A stretch of DNA of 57,141 nt, filler included, from Basidiobolus ranarum (lineage: Eukaryota): the NCBI GenBank assembly GCA_040143965.1. It is 3 parts of 3 records of this genome, joined end to end, with 100 filler letters (N's around TTAATTAATTAA, not from the genome) between each part and the next. Parts side by side here need not be neighbours in the genome. Positions count along the whole stretch, not along the records: positions 19,095 to 38,080 come from JASJQH010000261.1; 2 more parts are not named here. One strand, 5' to 3'. Positions 23,801-35,080 of this stretch are shown one piece after another (the first letter of the stretch is position 1; each line of letters opens with the position of its first letter). The translations under genes and the position numbers were made by a program. A model generated the notes under the pieces. It had not been told where the DNA came from. It worked only from the letters and a program-made list of their open reading frames with translations, and made no database searches.

Positions 23801-25511
23801 CCTTCTTGTAGAGATATATGGGCTCCTTGGCGATTTTTTTCGTAACCGTCTTGCCAGGAATTCTAATCTTTTTAACACTAGTGCTACCAGGAATAGTACG
23901 TTTCTGGTACTTATATGTAGCCTTTTTGACATATTTTTCACTCTTAGTTTTTCCTGGTACTTTGATCTTTCGAACGACAGGTTTTCCAGGAATAGAGATC
24001 ACTTTATAGCCATATTCCGCGGGAATTTCAATCTTCTTGAGCTCAGTTTTGCCTGGAACACGGATTTTTTTTATGACAGGCTTACCATCAATATACACCT
24101 TTTTATAATCATACGTTGGACTGTAGGGGATCTTCTTCTTGATCGTTTTACCCGGAACAACCTGTTTTTTTATGATACTTTCTCCAGGAATTTCTACCGT
24201 CTTGAAGCCATATTCTTCTGGAATGTATTTCTTGACGGCAATCACCTTGGTACCGTACGGATTTGGTTTAGTGACCTTTTTTCCAGGAATCAGAATCTTT
24301 TTAGTACTGAACTCTGCAGGTGTTGGAATTTTATCAATGACGGTTTTTCCTGGAACTCGTGCCTTCTTATATTTAGTTTCTCCGGGAACTCTAGTCTTAT
24401 CATATACATATACTGGCGGAGTTTTAATCTTTTTGATGGTAATCTTGCCAGGGACTTTTTCTATCTTGTATTTGTATCTATCTGGCTCTTCATATTCTTC
24501 ATCCTCGTCTTCTTCTTCGTAGACCCTCTTCTTACGGTACTTGGGCTTCAGCAGTACTTTCTTAACTTCCTTTCCTCCCAAGGTCTTTACTTTCATCACA
24601 GTCTGCTTACCAGGAATGGTAAACTCTTCATAATCATATACTGGTTCAATTACCTCTTTTTTGGTAATGGTTCTACCCGGGATCCTGATTTTCTTGTAGG
24701 CAGTTTTTCCGGGGATGGTAACCTTTCTATAACTGTAAGTTGGACCAATTGGCTCTTTGAGAATCACGGTTCTTCCTGGTACATATACTTTCTTCATGTC
24801 AATTTTCTTCCTGATAGTCTTGCCAGGTCGGTAGATCTTCTTTTTTATGGTTTTACCAGATTTGTAGACTTTCTTTTTTATGGTTTTACCAGGATTGTAG
24901 TCATTCTTTTCTATGGTTTTACCAGGAGTGTAGTCATTCTTTTCAATGGTCTTACCAGGAGTGTAGTCATTCTTTTCAATGGTCTTACCAGGAGTGTAGT
25001 CATTCTTTTCAATGGTCTTACCAGGAGTGTAGTCATTCTTTTCAATGGTCTTACCAGGATTGTAGTCATTCTTTTCCAGGGTTTTACCAGGTTTGACTTT
25101 TTGGGTTGAATTACCACCGCGGATTTTCTTCCTAATGGTCTTACCCGGTCGGTAGATCTTCTTTTTTCTAAATTTACCTGGTTTATAAACTTTTTTAATG
25201 CTAGTACCATCTCCAGGTTTTTTTACTGTAGCTTTGCTGGGAGTATAATTGCTACTTGTTGTTGGTCCATTGGTATTTTCTATTGGTTTTGATTTCAACT
25301 GGTCACTCGTGATTTCATTATTGTTAGCGGGGCCATATGATGATACTTCGGGAACGGATGGTTGAATAGAGGGCCCAGGGGATGTTGTATATTGGGCAGT
25401 AGTGAGAAGTTTTTGATCGGTTAAAGTTCCCACTACGGTTAAGGTGGCAATTGTGTGAAGTATCCACAAACCGCAACCTCTTCTGGATGAACCAAGAGGT
25501 GGAAGTACCAT
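20889..25511 (-). CDS. 1540-aa intronless, probably secreted repeat protein (Lys-rich PGKT repeats plus ~10 two-Cys domains)
   Basis: Uninterrupted 4.6-kb ORF; N-terminal hydrophobic segment LWILHTIATLTVVG; repeats conserved at protein level; acidic tail; no TM or GPI signal seen. Confidence 0.9.
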   Translation of the reverse strand: MVLPPLGSSRRGCGLWILHTIATLTVVGTLTDQKLLTTAQYTTSPGPSIQPSVPEVSSYGPANNNEITSDQLKSKPIENTNGPTTSSNYTPSKATVKKPGDGTSIKKVYKPGKFRKKKIYRPGKTIRKKIRGGNSTQKVKPGKTLEKNDYNPGKTIEKNDYTPGKTIEKNDYTPGKTIEKNDYTPGKTIEKNDYTPGKTIEKNDYNPGKTIKKKVYKSGKTIKKKIYRPGKTIRKKIDMKKVYVPGRTVILKEPIGPTYSYRKVTIPGKTAYKKIRIPGRTITKKEVIEPVYDYEEFTIPGKQTVMKVKTLGGKEVKKVLLKPKYRKKRVYEEEDEDEEYEEPDRYKYKIEKVPGKITIKKIKTPPVYVYDKTRVPGETKYKKARVPGKTVIDKIPTPAEFSTKKILIPGKKVTKPNPYGTKVIAVKKYIPEEYGFKTVEIPGESIIKKQVVPGKTIKKKIPYSPTYDYKKVYIDGKPVIKKIRVPGKTELKKIEIPAEYGYKVISIPGKPVVRKIKVPGKTKSEKYVKKATYKYQKRTIPGSTSVKKIRIPGKTVTKKIAKEPIYLYKKVPVDKKIIKKIRIPGKTVKIKVPTNAEYRYVKFTAPGGTKTVKIRIPGKTVTEGVRIPEKYGYKTIKQEVPPSYKKIYVPGQTIVQKVFTPKEQVVDVYLPPDQEYVEEYYDTKAGTYLHRLQHCSWNIDENHYTCTIKRDSVDELLQPSTYHPQEIPPEQRYIEEYFDKTDGSTKRRLRVCVWRADIRDTDCRTEEIRDSVTPEQQISDPGTSITNIYLPPNRVYTEEYLNDASNTIERKLKICTWDIEDKRYKCTNKVMDDNESPGDSGVEAVINEFVDISTGSIKYSTKVCKLSAEYSKRECMNESGVSSDGYRPLRPLDQRSTTRDFENQEYANDIVHGNFRIETTYWPDSKSSHQRVYIYQYLDKPSRKYRRRLMACRLNSVSSVWECATSNDHIVSSPLDIAQINPSSDRTNTIKLSGPTEIEVIHLSGDRDYPSDRIYDQEYVDPITNSIQRRAKTCTYRVDQGAWECSITDTGSTYGQLSQREILPDDKETIEIYLDSSSGKITQSSKVCRAKSNYECETRQSRFGGFKPLLTDGSGYSRDFTLYSGLRIQDLYWPEIHTNLAVPNRVYIYEFVDQTIKQTERRVVICKYDAYSQSWVYTTVPAEKLPTPLELDETNRPDQDKEVIGLSNKNVKESIHIPPEKVGYSLLPADRVYVQEYFEAAIGFVRRRTKICSFNAELQKWVCHDKTEDLNGTDPFTDTIQLPADRTYVDEYINTDTGQKSVKTTICRYNISKSDWVCTNNTKTTTINDLEENIVSNYAQENDRANRKAEVDSSSCRMNMAGEWSCATTKEKDSGHNLDKQVATTDIDSEPDFNLLEGLESPPDDFGYNLNKERTIGGKGSYGNGPSNVSPKRDVEKFSSSPAPEGSNSEPSSTNNMGDLMYNEMEAKKLMAIEDATEFNDNTDDYDLTSGVSVSARKVPETSTKVDSSKEGSENVDSFKKPTDLRILDLGDLEDKESRY
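24880..25092 (-). repeat. Coding 33-nt tandem repeat, ~6 copies (PGKTIEKNDYT)
   Basis: Near-identical plus-strand unit TTTTCAATGGTCTTACCAGGAGTGTAGTCATTC. Confidence 0.95.
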
Positions 25512-26310
25512 AATAATTAAGAGGGAAATGTATCTAGTGAAAAAGTAGAACGAAAAGAGTTTATAAATTGATAAAGCTGTATGTAAGGAAGAATGTTTCT
25601 GAAACGTATAAAAAATTCATCTTCTAATTACATCCAAATTTCCATGCATAATCTTCAGATAATTAACACATTAAAACAAGCAAGAAAAAGTGGTGCGAAT
25701 TTCTTGAAGCATTCTATACCTTGGATAACATTCAAATGTATTATAAAACGTTTGGAGGAAAGTTGTTACCAAAATTCACATATTTGGTTGGTTTCATTCA
25801 TCAACACAAAGGATCTGGAAGGCCTAATCAAACATTTCCCACTTAGGATCAAACTTTGAGGGGGACTCAGGTAGACTGTGAAACTTTCGGCTATTTCAAA
25901 CTCATTCGATGAACCTTGAAAAGGTGGATATTGAGTATGTTTCGAAAGTGGAATGTAGCTGTGATTAGGAAATGTAAACAAAACATTACTTTATTACATC
26001 AATTCTCAACACAAGCTTCTTACCCAGGATCCATGCGTGCAGGCCAATCTACGGTCTTGTCGGTTCTTTTCAAACATTCGAGAATATCATATCACTTTTT
26101 GGTATTTACTTTAATAGAAACTCATGTAGTGGATCAAGTATTCCAAAAGTGATTTATTCAAAGCACAAAGAGAATTCCAATAAACAGCAATAATAATTAG
26201 TATAATCTCATTTGGGATCATTTCATTGGCCGAGAAATAATGGGAGGGGATAAGTTAGTCTCTTGGGGAGAAACAAATTCTTTGCTATTACAAATATCAC
26301 CCATTCATTT

Positions 26311-26718
26311 TCAGTGACCACGGAGCGTAGCACCACTGGATCTTGTGTTAGGTTTGTAATGATCTAGATTTGTGTGATGACGGAATGACTTGACTTTGGC
26401 TATTTTCTGCTGTTGATCTTTCAATTGAGCCAGATAGCTCCCGGTCACATCTACATGGGATTCCTGAAGGACTTGATACAGTTTCTCAAGCTTTGCATAG
26501 TCAGCAAGTGTGAAGGTTCTTTGCGTGTTAGAAGGGAAAGCCTGAGTGTCTTGGATTGCTGTTGAAACTTCAGGTAATTTCCCCAATGAGCCATCAGCTT
26601 GAAGATAAAGCCACTCTTCCCAATCCTCGGGGGTTGCTTCATTTACCTGGAGTCTTTGAATTTTGTAACTACGTTCGATATGACAAACGGTTAGGAGCCA
26701 TTGAAACACCAAGGACAT
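26311..26718 (-). CDS. Hypothetical 135-aa protein
   Basis: Clean ATG-to-stop ORF with natural composition (EDWEEWLYLQADG; LADYAKLEKLYQVL); family not recognised. Confidence 0.55.
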   Translation of the reverse strand: MSLVFQWLLTVCHIERSYKIQRLQVNEATPEDWEEWLYLQADGSLGKLPEVSTAIQDTQAFPSNTQRTFTLADYAKLEKLYQVLQESHVDVTGSYLAQLKDQQQKIAKVKSFRHHTNLDHYKPNTRSSGATLRGH

Positions 26719-28455
26719 GATTGATTAGATAAGTGTAGAAAAAGTGTAGGTTTAAAGCGGAATATTAGGGGGTTTGATTAGATGTCAGTGAAGGAGGGAC
26801 CTTGGTCTTGTGTTGGTGAGATGAATCACGAATTATATAGGTGCCAGGTTCCTTTGGACAACCCTGTAGTTGGTTGATCATATGCTTGTTTGTTTGCCGT
26901 TGAGTTGAATGAAATGATAGCCAAGAGACTCCTTGATGACATCCAATCCTGACTTATAATACATGCACATGCCACGTTCTGCCATACATCTGCAGCTTTC
27001 ATGCTCGTATATAGGATTCACAACCACATGTGATTTAGATCATCAGCTTTGATGCTCATCCTTGAATGTTGTTGAAGGAAATTTGGAACGCTCCTTGTTT
27101 GCCTAACAAAGGCTGCTAGTAAAAATTGGCAATAACAATGGGTAAAAAATAGTAGTTGCTATCTGCTGATGGATCCACTCGGGCATTGAACACATGCACT
27201 ACTCATTAGAGTTTCAATCCCTCTTTTCATTCCTACCACACAGTACAGTAATGTACAACTCCGAGGTGGATTGATTTTTGAGGTGTGTTTGTTGGGCAAT
27301 TCCAAGTTTAGCTAGCCATCAAAAGATCAACAATCAGTGGATGTTAACTGCAAATAACCACCAATCATTGATTCATTTTCAAGAGAAATGAAGTTTCAGA
27401 AGCGGTATGTTTCATTAAATGACTTGCCGAATCTACTCCAAGATTGGCCGGAGAAATATTGGTTACTTATTGGAGTTACATTGGCTTAGAAACTCAGAAC
27501 GGATTCCTTCAGAAAATCCTCACTACCAGATGCAGATCTGGAATGGTGGATGCGATCGCACTCTACCATAATTTGTAAATCCCTCCATCATAATAATGGC
27601 TAAGGCGCTTTTGGTTCTCTAGGAGATTTCGCAAATCCTTATCTATAGGAAGAGAAGTGGTAACTAATGGTCGCAGAGTCCCAATATCAACCGGTAAAGA
27701 TTTGGAAAGTATCGAATTTTCAAGTACCGATCCACAAATCCCATTGTTTTGGGAATAAAATGGCATGGCACAAATGTTTAGAATGAGTTGATTCTTGATA
27801 CATAACCATCTCTACCCGCTGAAAGAAACAATCAAATTACTCGATAGCATGGGGATTTCAATCCATCGATATTACTTCCATTGAATGTTTCCACACACTC
27901 CGTCTCATCTTTTACCCTGTCAGTAACATATTCGGGAGATTTTGTGTAAAGAATAACAACTATAGATTTCGATTGGTCTAGATCTCGAAAAATTCAACAC
28001 AGCATATTTGCAATTTCTAGATACCTCTTCACACTCTCCAGAATCGATTGAGATTTTTTCACTTGGAACGAGAGTGGCTCTATACAGTGCAGTGTGTCTA
28101 AAAGGGTCCTATCACGATATTTGCCATGATAAAAATTTTTAAAATCAAAATGATCGTGTTTATAAGATTACTAAGGCTTAATGTGACCATTAGAGAAAAA
28201 CCTTATTAGTAGGATATATATGTTCTGTACAACAACGACGAACTAAAGAATAGAGTGAAAAACTAATCAGACTAGTATAAAAAGCGGGAAAAGAAATGAA
28301 TTTTTATGCGAAGCCTAGTCTAAATATAAAAAATAAAGCATTTGAATTTTTGACTAAAAACTAAAGAATTCCGCCCCCTGCTCTCGGTTTTTGCGTCAGA
28401 TATTACGACGCGCCGTATGAAAATATGGATGCTGAACGTGTAGTGCCTCCTCGGT

Positions 28456-28754
28456 TTACAGAATTGTGCACTCACAACCACTACTTTTACTAACAAATGG
28501 ATCATTGGCACCCGGTGTTCCCCATACAGACGGAACCAAATAGTCGCGCGTGGTAGTAACATACTTTATAAGCCTAAATAGTTGTATAAGAATTAATGGT
28601 TCATCTCTATGATGATAGACAACTTCACCTACATTTGACTAGCTTGAGAAACTGGAACACGCGGTAAATCCAATTGCTCACGTAAGCGATTATTCTGTTC
28701 AAGCATCTTCTTTAGCTTTTGCTCGGACATAGCATTTAATCCTGAAGCTGCCAT
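28456..28754 (-). CDS. Heterotrimeric G-protein gamma subunit (79 aa, 2 exons; absent from the ORF track)
   Basis: MAASGLNAMSEQKLKKMLEQNNRLREQLDLPRVPVSQASQMLIKYVTTTRDYLVPSVWGTPGANDPFVSKSSGCECTIL; GGL motif DYLVPSVWG, CaaX box CTIL; intron 28574-28632. Confidence 0.93.
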
Positions 28755-30003
28755 TGTTTCACGAATAATATGGTAGAGTAGTTGTAAAAGAGTGTAGCTG
28801 TGTATTCGTCAGTTGAAGAATTAACCAAATTTTACAGTTATTGATAAATCGCCAAGTTTTGCCCCAGAAGAGTGTGTACAAAGGGTAATAAAGTCGATAT
28901 AAGCTTGGGTAAAAATGAAAGAAGATAAGAAGTGAGAGTAAATATATTGCAAAACTACGATTCTGAAGAGTAAGTAGAAGAAGTGAAAAAAGAGAGGATT
29001 TGCTAGAAAAGTAACTTGCTACGAAGCAGAAATCGGAAACAAGATGCCCGAGAAATCTATTTATGGTATTGTCATTCGGATCGGATAATGATGTCAATAT
29101 GCAAGTTATTTAGAACTTGCTTCAGTATATTGTCATGATTTCTTTTTTGCAACTTTTTCATTTCCATACAAAGGGCTATTAATGAGTACCCTAAATCTAT
29201 GATCTTTAACCAATAAAATGAAAAATTAGTTTTATGCGAAGTGGTATTACCAAATTAAATATATCTAAATGGGGCGAATAGAAAACAACACTAGACAGCC
29301 CCAGTTCCGGTTACGCCATTTCCAATGATAAATATGGTTCTTTGGTGCACTAACTATATACAATTAGTGAGAGGAATGTATTCATCAATCTATATGTGTG
29401 GAGTAAGTCAACATTTTCCAGCTCCCTTCGTCATTCTTTAATACACGGGCGAATATAGAAAGCCTTGACAACAGGTCCTACAATTGAATGTTGAGTAGAC
29501 TTAGTACATCTTGTATGTGCTTACACCTCTAAGAATTAGTTGGAGATTGCTTTATATATGACGTGACAAACTTACACTGAAGATACTACTTAGAAGACGA
29601 TCTCAAGGCCACGCAGTTTTGGTTGAGGTATTACTTAGAAGTGTGATATATTTGATTATGGTTTATGCAAGGACACGTACTGACACCGTCGAATTGATCG
29701 AGTAAATGTTGAAACAGTATGGTTATGGATTCTATATAAAAATAATTTCAGCAAAATTCAGAGAAAGTACTATAGTTCGAATCTATCATCAAACACAACT
29801 TTCGAAATGGTCAAAGAAAGTTGGATTGTTGAAATTTTTGAAATAGAGCGAGTGTACGTATACTAAAGTGAGTTTGGTAATCATTGTTGCAAATTCAAAG
29901 TGTGTCGATGGTAGTAGCTTAACTAGGGATAGAAATAACACTTATTCTCAATTAGATAGACATTATTAAGACATGTCTGGTAGATGTAATACATTGAACT
30001 ACG

Positions 30004-31066
30004 TTAAATTAACCGAAGTGAAAATCGATTCTCTTCTTCAGGGAGAAGAATCTGACTCTCATACTTTTCCTCCATCTGTTTTACTATCTTGATTATGGCG
30101 CTTAAAGACCCATTTTCATGAAGCCCCTGAATGATGGACTGTAGCAGTTCTACAATTACAGGAAACCCATAGCTTCCTTGGTGTCGTTCCACTTCGAATA
30201 TTATACTTTCCACGCTGGTTGAGCTGCTTTCCCAATCATTCAGGTATGTATCTAAGAGGGGGGTTGAATACCTTGCATGAACAAAGGAAATAATTCAAAC
30301 CGCTTACGCAGATAGGGTACACATGGGGTAGAGAGATACTCGAGATTCGCACGGTATAGTCGGAAATCACTGCACGGGCTCATCAGTTTTCTTAAGTGCT
30401 CCAAGCACGTCTTGTGCTTACCATTGATCGACTAGAAACAAAGCAATTGATAAGAGGCAAAATATACTGCAAGTAGATGTATTTCTCACCTGCCACGTTT
30501 GTCGTAGAGATGGAACCGGGATAACATTAAACCCTTCTAGAATTGCCATGCAGGTGTTGTAGTTATTCCAGGAAGAGCAGTACTAAAGGGTGTGAGAATT
30601 GATGGTTTAATATATTGAATAGCTAGGATAAACTCAATGAATCGCTATACTTACAGAAGCCATGCTGATAAAGTGTTCTACGGTATGGGCACGCTTGACA
30701 AAGTCTTTTTCACACAAGATTGAATATGCTACCCAATACTTGATCTGTTTTAAATAATTTCAGTCAAGTTACCGATTTACTCAATGCCTCAGAAAAGGAG
30801 TGACGAAATTTCTGAACACTTTGTACCTGCTGAAACACTTGGAGAATCTCTTTGATATTAACCGCCATCCAGGGCTCGGTACGTCGCCAGGCTTCATGCA
30901 TACACTCCACAGGTTTGATTTGATTAAATAAATAAGAGTCGAATAGAGTTAACTGACGAGCAAGTTCAATTGCTTCGATATCGAGGACCCGAAGACGTGA
31001 ATGTTGATGCTTTGTGACTGTGTGATGTGGAATGTGAGGCAGAATCCGTTTGGCATGAAAAGTCAT
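30004..31066 (-). CDS. RasGEF (CDC25 catalytic domain) protein, divergent; 5' and 3' ends uncertain
   Basis: LDIEAIELARQLTLFD, WVAYSIL...KRAHTVEHFISMA, NNYNTCMAILEG, FRLYR...PCVPYL across several GT-AG introns. Confidence 0.8.
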
Positions 31067-33282
31067 TTTGTGTTTACTCTCGTAAAAGATTAGTAGATGT
31101 GGTTTGAAAGAGAGAGAATGTCAGATAAATGCAAAGAATAGTGAGATTTAAATGTACAGGTGGCTTGTTTCTCGCAATAGGAAACTTAGTCACCGCAGGT
31201 CATTTTAAAAGTATATCACTTGGCTCTAATTAGTTACTGACTCCGTACTACCCTACTACAATCCATAGAGAAACATATCTCGTTTGAGCAAGTTTGCCCC
31301 TTTAGAGTTAAAGCAAGCCTCTTCATTTAGCCACATAAGCAATCATTTATTTAATTAATCTGGTTAATCAGAGTTCTGGTGATAGTCATAGATATACATA
31401 ATTAAGCCAAGATCCAGGTATGTAATTTCAGATGGTAATGTTCTAATGGACCTTTCTGACTTACATTTGATAGTAACCACTGTTCGTTGTAGTGGAACTT
31501 GAGATTCATTGTGGTCATCATTGGGAAATATGAACCGGTAGAGCTCGATTTAGAGTCAGTGATAATCTACTATCTCTACGAAGAGCGACAGTGTAGAGAT
31601 GCAGTGCCCCATTGGCCAAACATTCCCACACTCCCACTAACCTTAGTATAGAAGTCTAACTTTGCTTGCTGGTTAGTAATATTGACCATATGAAACTCCA
31701 GCACTGATAGCGCTCCTGCTTCCTATACGGCAAAGACTTTTCTTATCGGAGAAATAAATTAGATGCTAGTGACTGAATAGGATAGGTGCTAACTCGGCAC
31801 TTGGAAAAACAGGACCCACACTTTGCGTTTTTGGAAGCGGTTGCTCCTGAAATGAATATAAACCATGCAGTACAAGCTCCTTGCTGAACTTGAATCGATG
31901 TGACACGCTACACACTCCATGATGCCAACTAGGCCTATTCAATCCAAAACCTCTTAGTACCATTCAGCTAACGAATTAAGAAGCCCACTTGGATAATTGA
32001 AACCCATCTTCCTTAATCTCCGACCGGATACAGCTATTTTAATTTTCATTTGAGTTGTTAAGGATTTGGAATATTGTTTTATGAAAAACCAGCTGGCATG
32101 ATCTGGCTCATCTGTACTGTATCAGCCAAGATCCTGTAATGATGTAAATTCCAAGACATTCATTTGAGACCAGGAGTAATATACAATGAATGAACACGAC
32201 TTATCTGCGTGTAGTATGGAGAGATTGTTTAGAATGGCCAACTAGCATTTGCGATAGATTCTTTGAGGTAGCTTTTTTGAGTAATTATGCCTAGAGTGTA
32301 TCTATGCTCCTGCTTCATGTTTATGGAGTAAAAAAGCCATTAGCCTGGTAAATCTTTGGATAACATGGTAGCTAAATACCGTTTGGATGTGTGCAAGATC
32401 GTCAGCAAATGGAGATTTATGTATGAAGCTACATGACTAGGGGTTCAAATACGCTACATACACTTTTGAAAGAACCGGAAAATTTTCAAATATTCGATGT
32501 CCAAATATCTCGATTGCTGCACACTCGATACATTGAAGTCATGGATATAGTTCTACGCGTATATGTCTCATCTAACACCTTAGAAAGCTGATCCATTTGA
32601 GGCGCTTCAGGTGTTACTATCGTATGGCATGACAAAGTGAGAAATGGATCTTGGTAGTTGGAATACTAGTTTAGGGCACCAATAATCTGTCTGCGATGCT
32701 ATCCAATTATACGCAGCACACTAGCATCCAAAAGATGGCTCATTTTTTAATACAAGCCAATTACTGAGTCTGGTTGGTGTATTGCAGGTCTGGATTCAGT
32801 GAGAGCATTGATGTTGGACTAAAAGCTCTCTATATTCTCAAATAGACAGCAACCAGATTCAATGTATTCAGCCATACTTTGAAAATCTCCGCAGTACGAT
32901 TGTGGCAACAGCTTAAATCATACAATATAATGGTGCTACAGTGATGTAACTTTTAGTTGAAAAGGGTTAGAATGGTGAAATCGATATGCTCTATTTAGCA
33001 CAGCAGCATTGAGCAAAGTGGAAAAGATGATGATGAATTTCTAAGAAACAAGAGGGACCAGAAGTATATATCCAAAACATATTGCACGTGGTGTATAACA
33101 GTCATGCTAATATATTAGTGTTCCAGTGCTTTAGTTCAACATTCATGACTTTATTCTCATATCACTTCATTGTCTACTAAAATCCTTAACATCTCATCAT
33201 AATCATAGAATTGAAGAGCTGGTCCACATCTGCACACGAAACCACATTGCACTCTAGAATACTGACATGGTGAAAGAGTTCT

Positions 33283-34463
33283 AACTGTTGAAATACGCAT
33301 AGCCTAAGCACCTATATAGTCATATATAGCCTAGTATTCAGTTCTTCCATATTGGACTAAGATATCACCCATTATTCTCAATAGAAATTTACTTGGAATA
33401 TTGACACCAACTTAGAAGTTCTCAGATATATAGATTCTTCAGACTTGTGCTAGAAGCCCCAAACTTTGCACGCATGTTCCTGGGACCTTTCTTGACACAT
33501 TCTACATGTTATTTTGTTTATATCTTGACAAAACTATAAACGCCAACTTTGCACTCAATAAATCAATAAGTGAAAACCACCAACATCTCTAGTTCTCCAA
33601 ACCACCTCCAACAAACTCCCAAAACACTTTAACATGATAATGGTCTAACTTTTGTGAAATGGCAATAGATAGAGCAATATATTCTATAAAATTCTCTTCT
33701 TGCACATCTTAGTAATCATATCAAGTACTATTACGCATCAAGATAGCTTTATAGTTTGTAATAGAATGGAAAAATTGATCGAGGTATATACACTCTTCAC
33801 ACCTGGCTTTAGAAATTTCAATGCTCTCAATATAATGAAACAGCATATTCAAATTTTCTCCAGCTCTTGTAATAGCTTCTATACATTGAATACTCAATTT
33901 GAATTAGTTGTGAGAATGTGGAGTTTATGTTAAAATATTAGAATTGAGCACCCAACTATTTACATATCTTCTTTAGTATAGTTGATGACTATTAGGTTAA
34001 TAATTCGTAAGTAAAAATTGTTAAATATATTTGGATGAATTTGACAAATGTCTGAAATACTCAGAAAAGATAGAAAACTTAAAACCCGTTCGAAACTCCC
34101 CAAACGTTAACCCAAGCTTTCTGAATACCCAAGAAGTGTTAAAGTATTGTGGGAGTATTTGGAAGTGACTTGGAGAACTAAAAGAATTGGTGGTTTCACT
34201 TATTGATTTATTGAGTGGAAAGTTGACGTTGACAGTTTTATCAAGGAGTAAGCTAACAAATATACAGAATGTGTCAAGAAAGGTCATAGACACATTTGTG
34301 CAAAGTTTAGGGTCTTTAAGAGAAGTTTGAAAAATCTACATATCTTCAAACATGAAAGAAAATTCCGATTTCGAATAGGTGATATCTTAGTAAAATAAGG
34401 AATAGCTAAATACTAAGCTATATATGACTATATAGATGTTTAGGATATGTCATTTTCAAAAAG
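33283..34463. mobile_element. Non-autonomous TIR DNA transposon (MITE-like, ~1.2 kb)
   Basis: 33283-33625 and 34140-34463 are diverged inverted repeats (TATATAGTCATATATAGC vs GCTATATATGACTATATA; CTCAATAAATCAATAAGTGAAA vs TTTCACTTATTGATTTATTGAG); no transposase ORF inside; no TSD identified. Confidence 0.75.
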
Positions 34464-34469
34464 AAGCAC

Positions 34470-35080
34470 ATTTTGGTCGTTACTTTTCTGTATTTCCAAC
34501 ACAAGTATAAGCACGTATTTTCAATTCAATTAAACAGCAAGTACAAATCACATATTTCTTCTAATTATCCTAAGCACTTCCAATTCCTCCCAAATACTCA
34601 CCACAGTTTACAGTTGTGTTTTATGCAATGCTACTAATGTATCTTTCTAAGTAATGTATTCATTCACAAGTCATTCGGGAAAAGTATTGCTCATGGTCAT
34701 ACATAAAATGACTATATACTGAGGCAGAATAACGGTAAAGTTGCACAACTCTGAGGCTTCCAGATCCACATACAAAAAGATACACAAAATTTAACTTTTC
34801 AATTATGAAATCGGTATTATTTGAGTAATAAACACATATCATATATAACATAGTTAGGTTAATAAAGATATGGAGATAATAAAATTCATAAATTTCAACA
34901 GTGTTGAAATACATTACTGCAGTGCTTCAGAGGTTGGGAAACATGTTAGAAGGGCTTTGCACAAGACTGAAAGACTGGTCTCCTCTCTCATTAGTTCCCA
35001 CATATATCTAAAGTGCATGTTGTGATATCAGCATGGAGGAACCTAGCAATAGATGGTACGAATGATCTATGAATGGTGAA
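34470..35080. mobile_element. Decayed repeat segment homologous to 17660-18310
   Basis: Inverted, patchy similarity seen by eye. Confidence 0.45.

Noticed and set aside
24880-25092. 33-nt repeats as a CRISPR array
   Set aside because: Contiguous coding tandem repeat with no unique spacers; eukaryotic context and no cas genes.
23430-25109. 559-aa plus-strand ORF and other nested ORFs
   Set aside because: Antisense shadow of the repetitive 1540-aa gene; its F/L-rich composition simply mirrors Lys codons.
27400-28130. Exon-like fragments on the minus strand
   Set aside because: Could not build a stop-free model or recognise a family.
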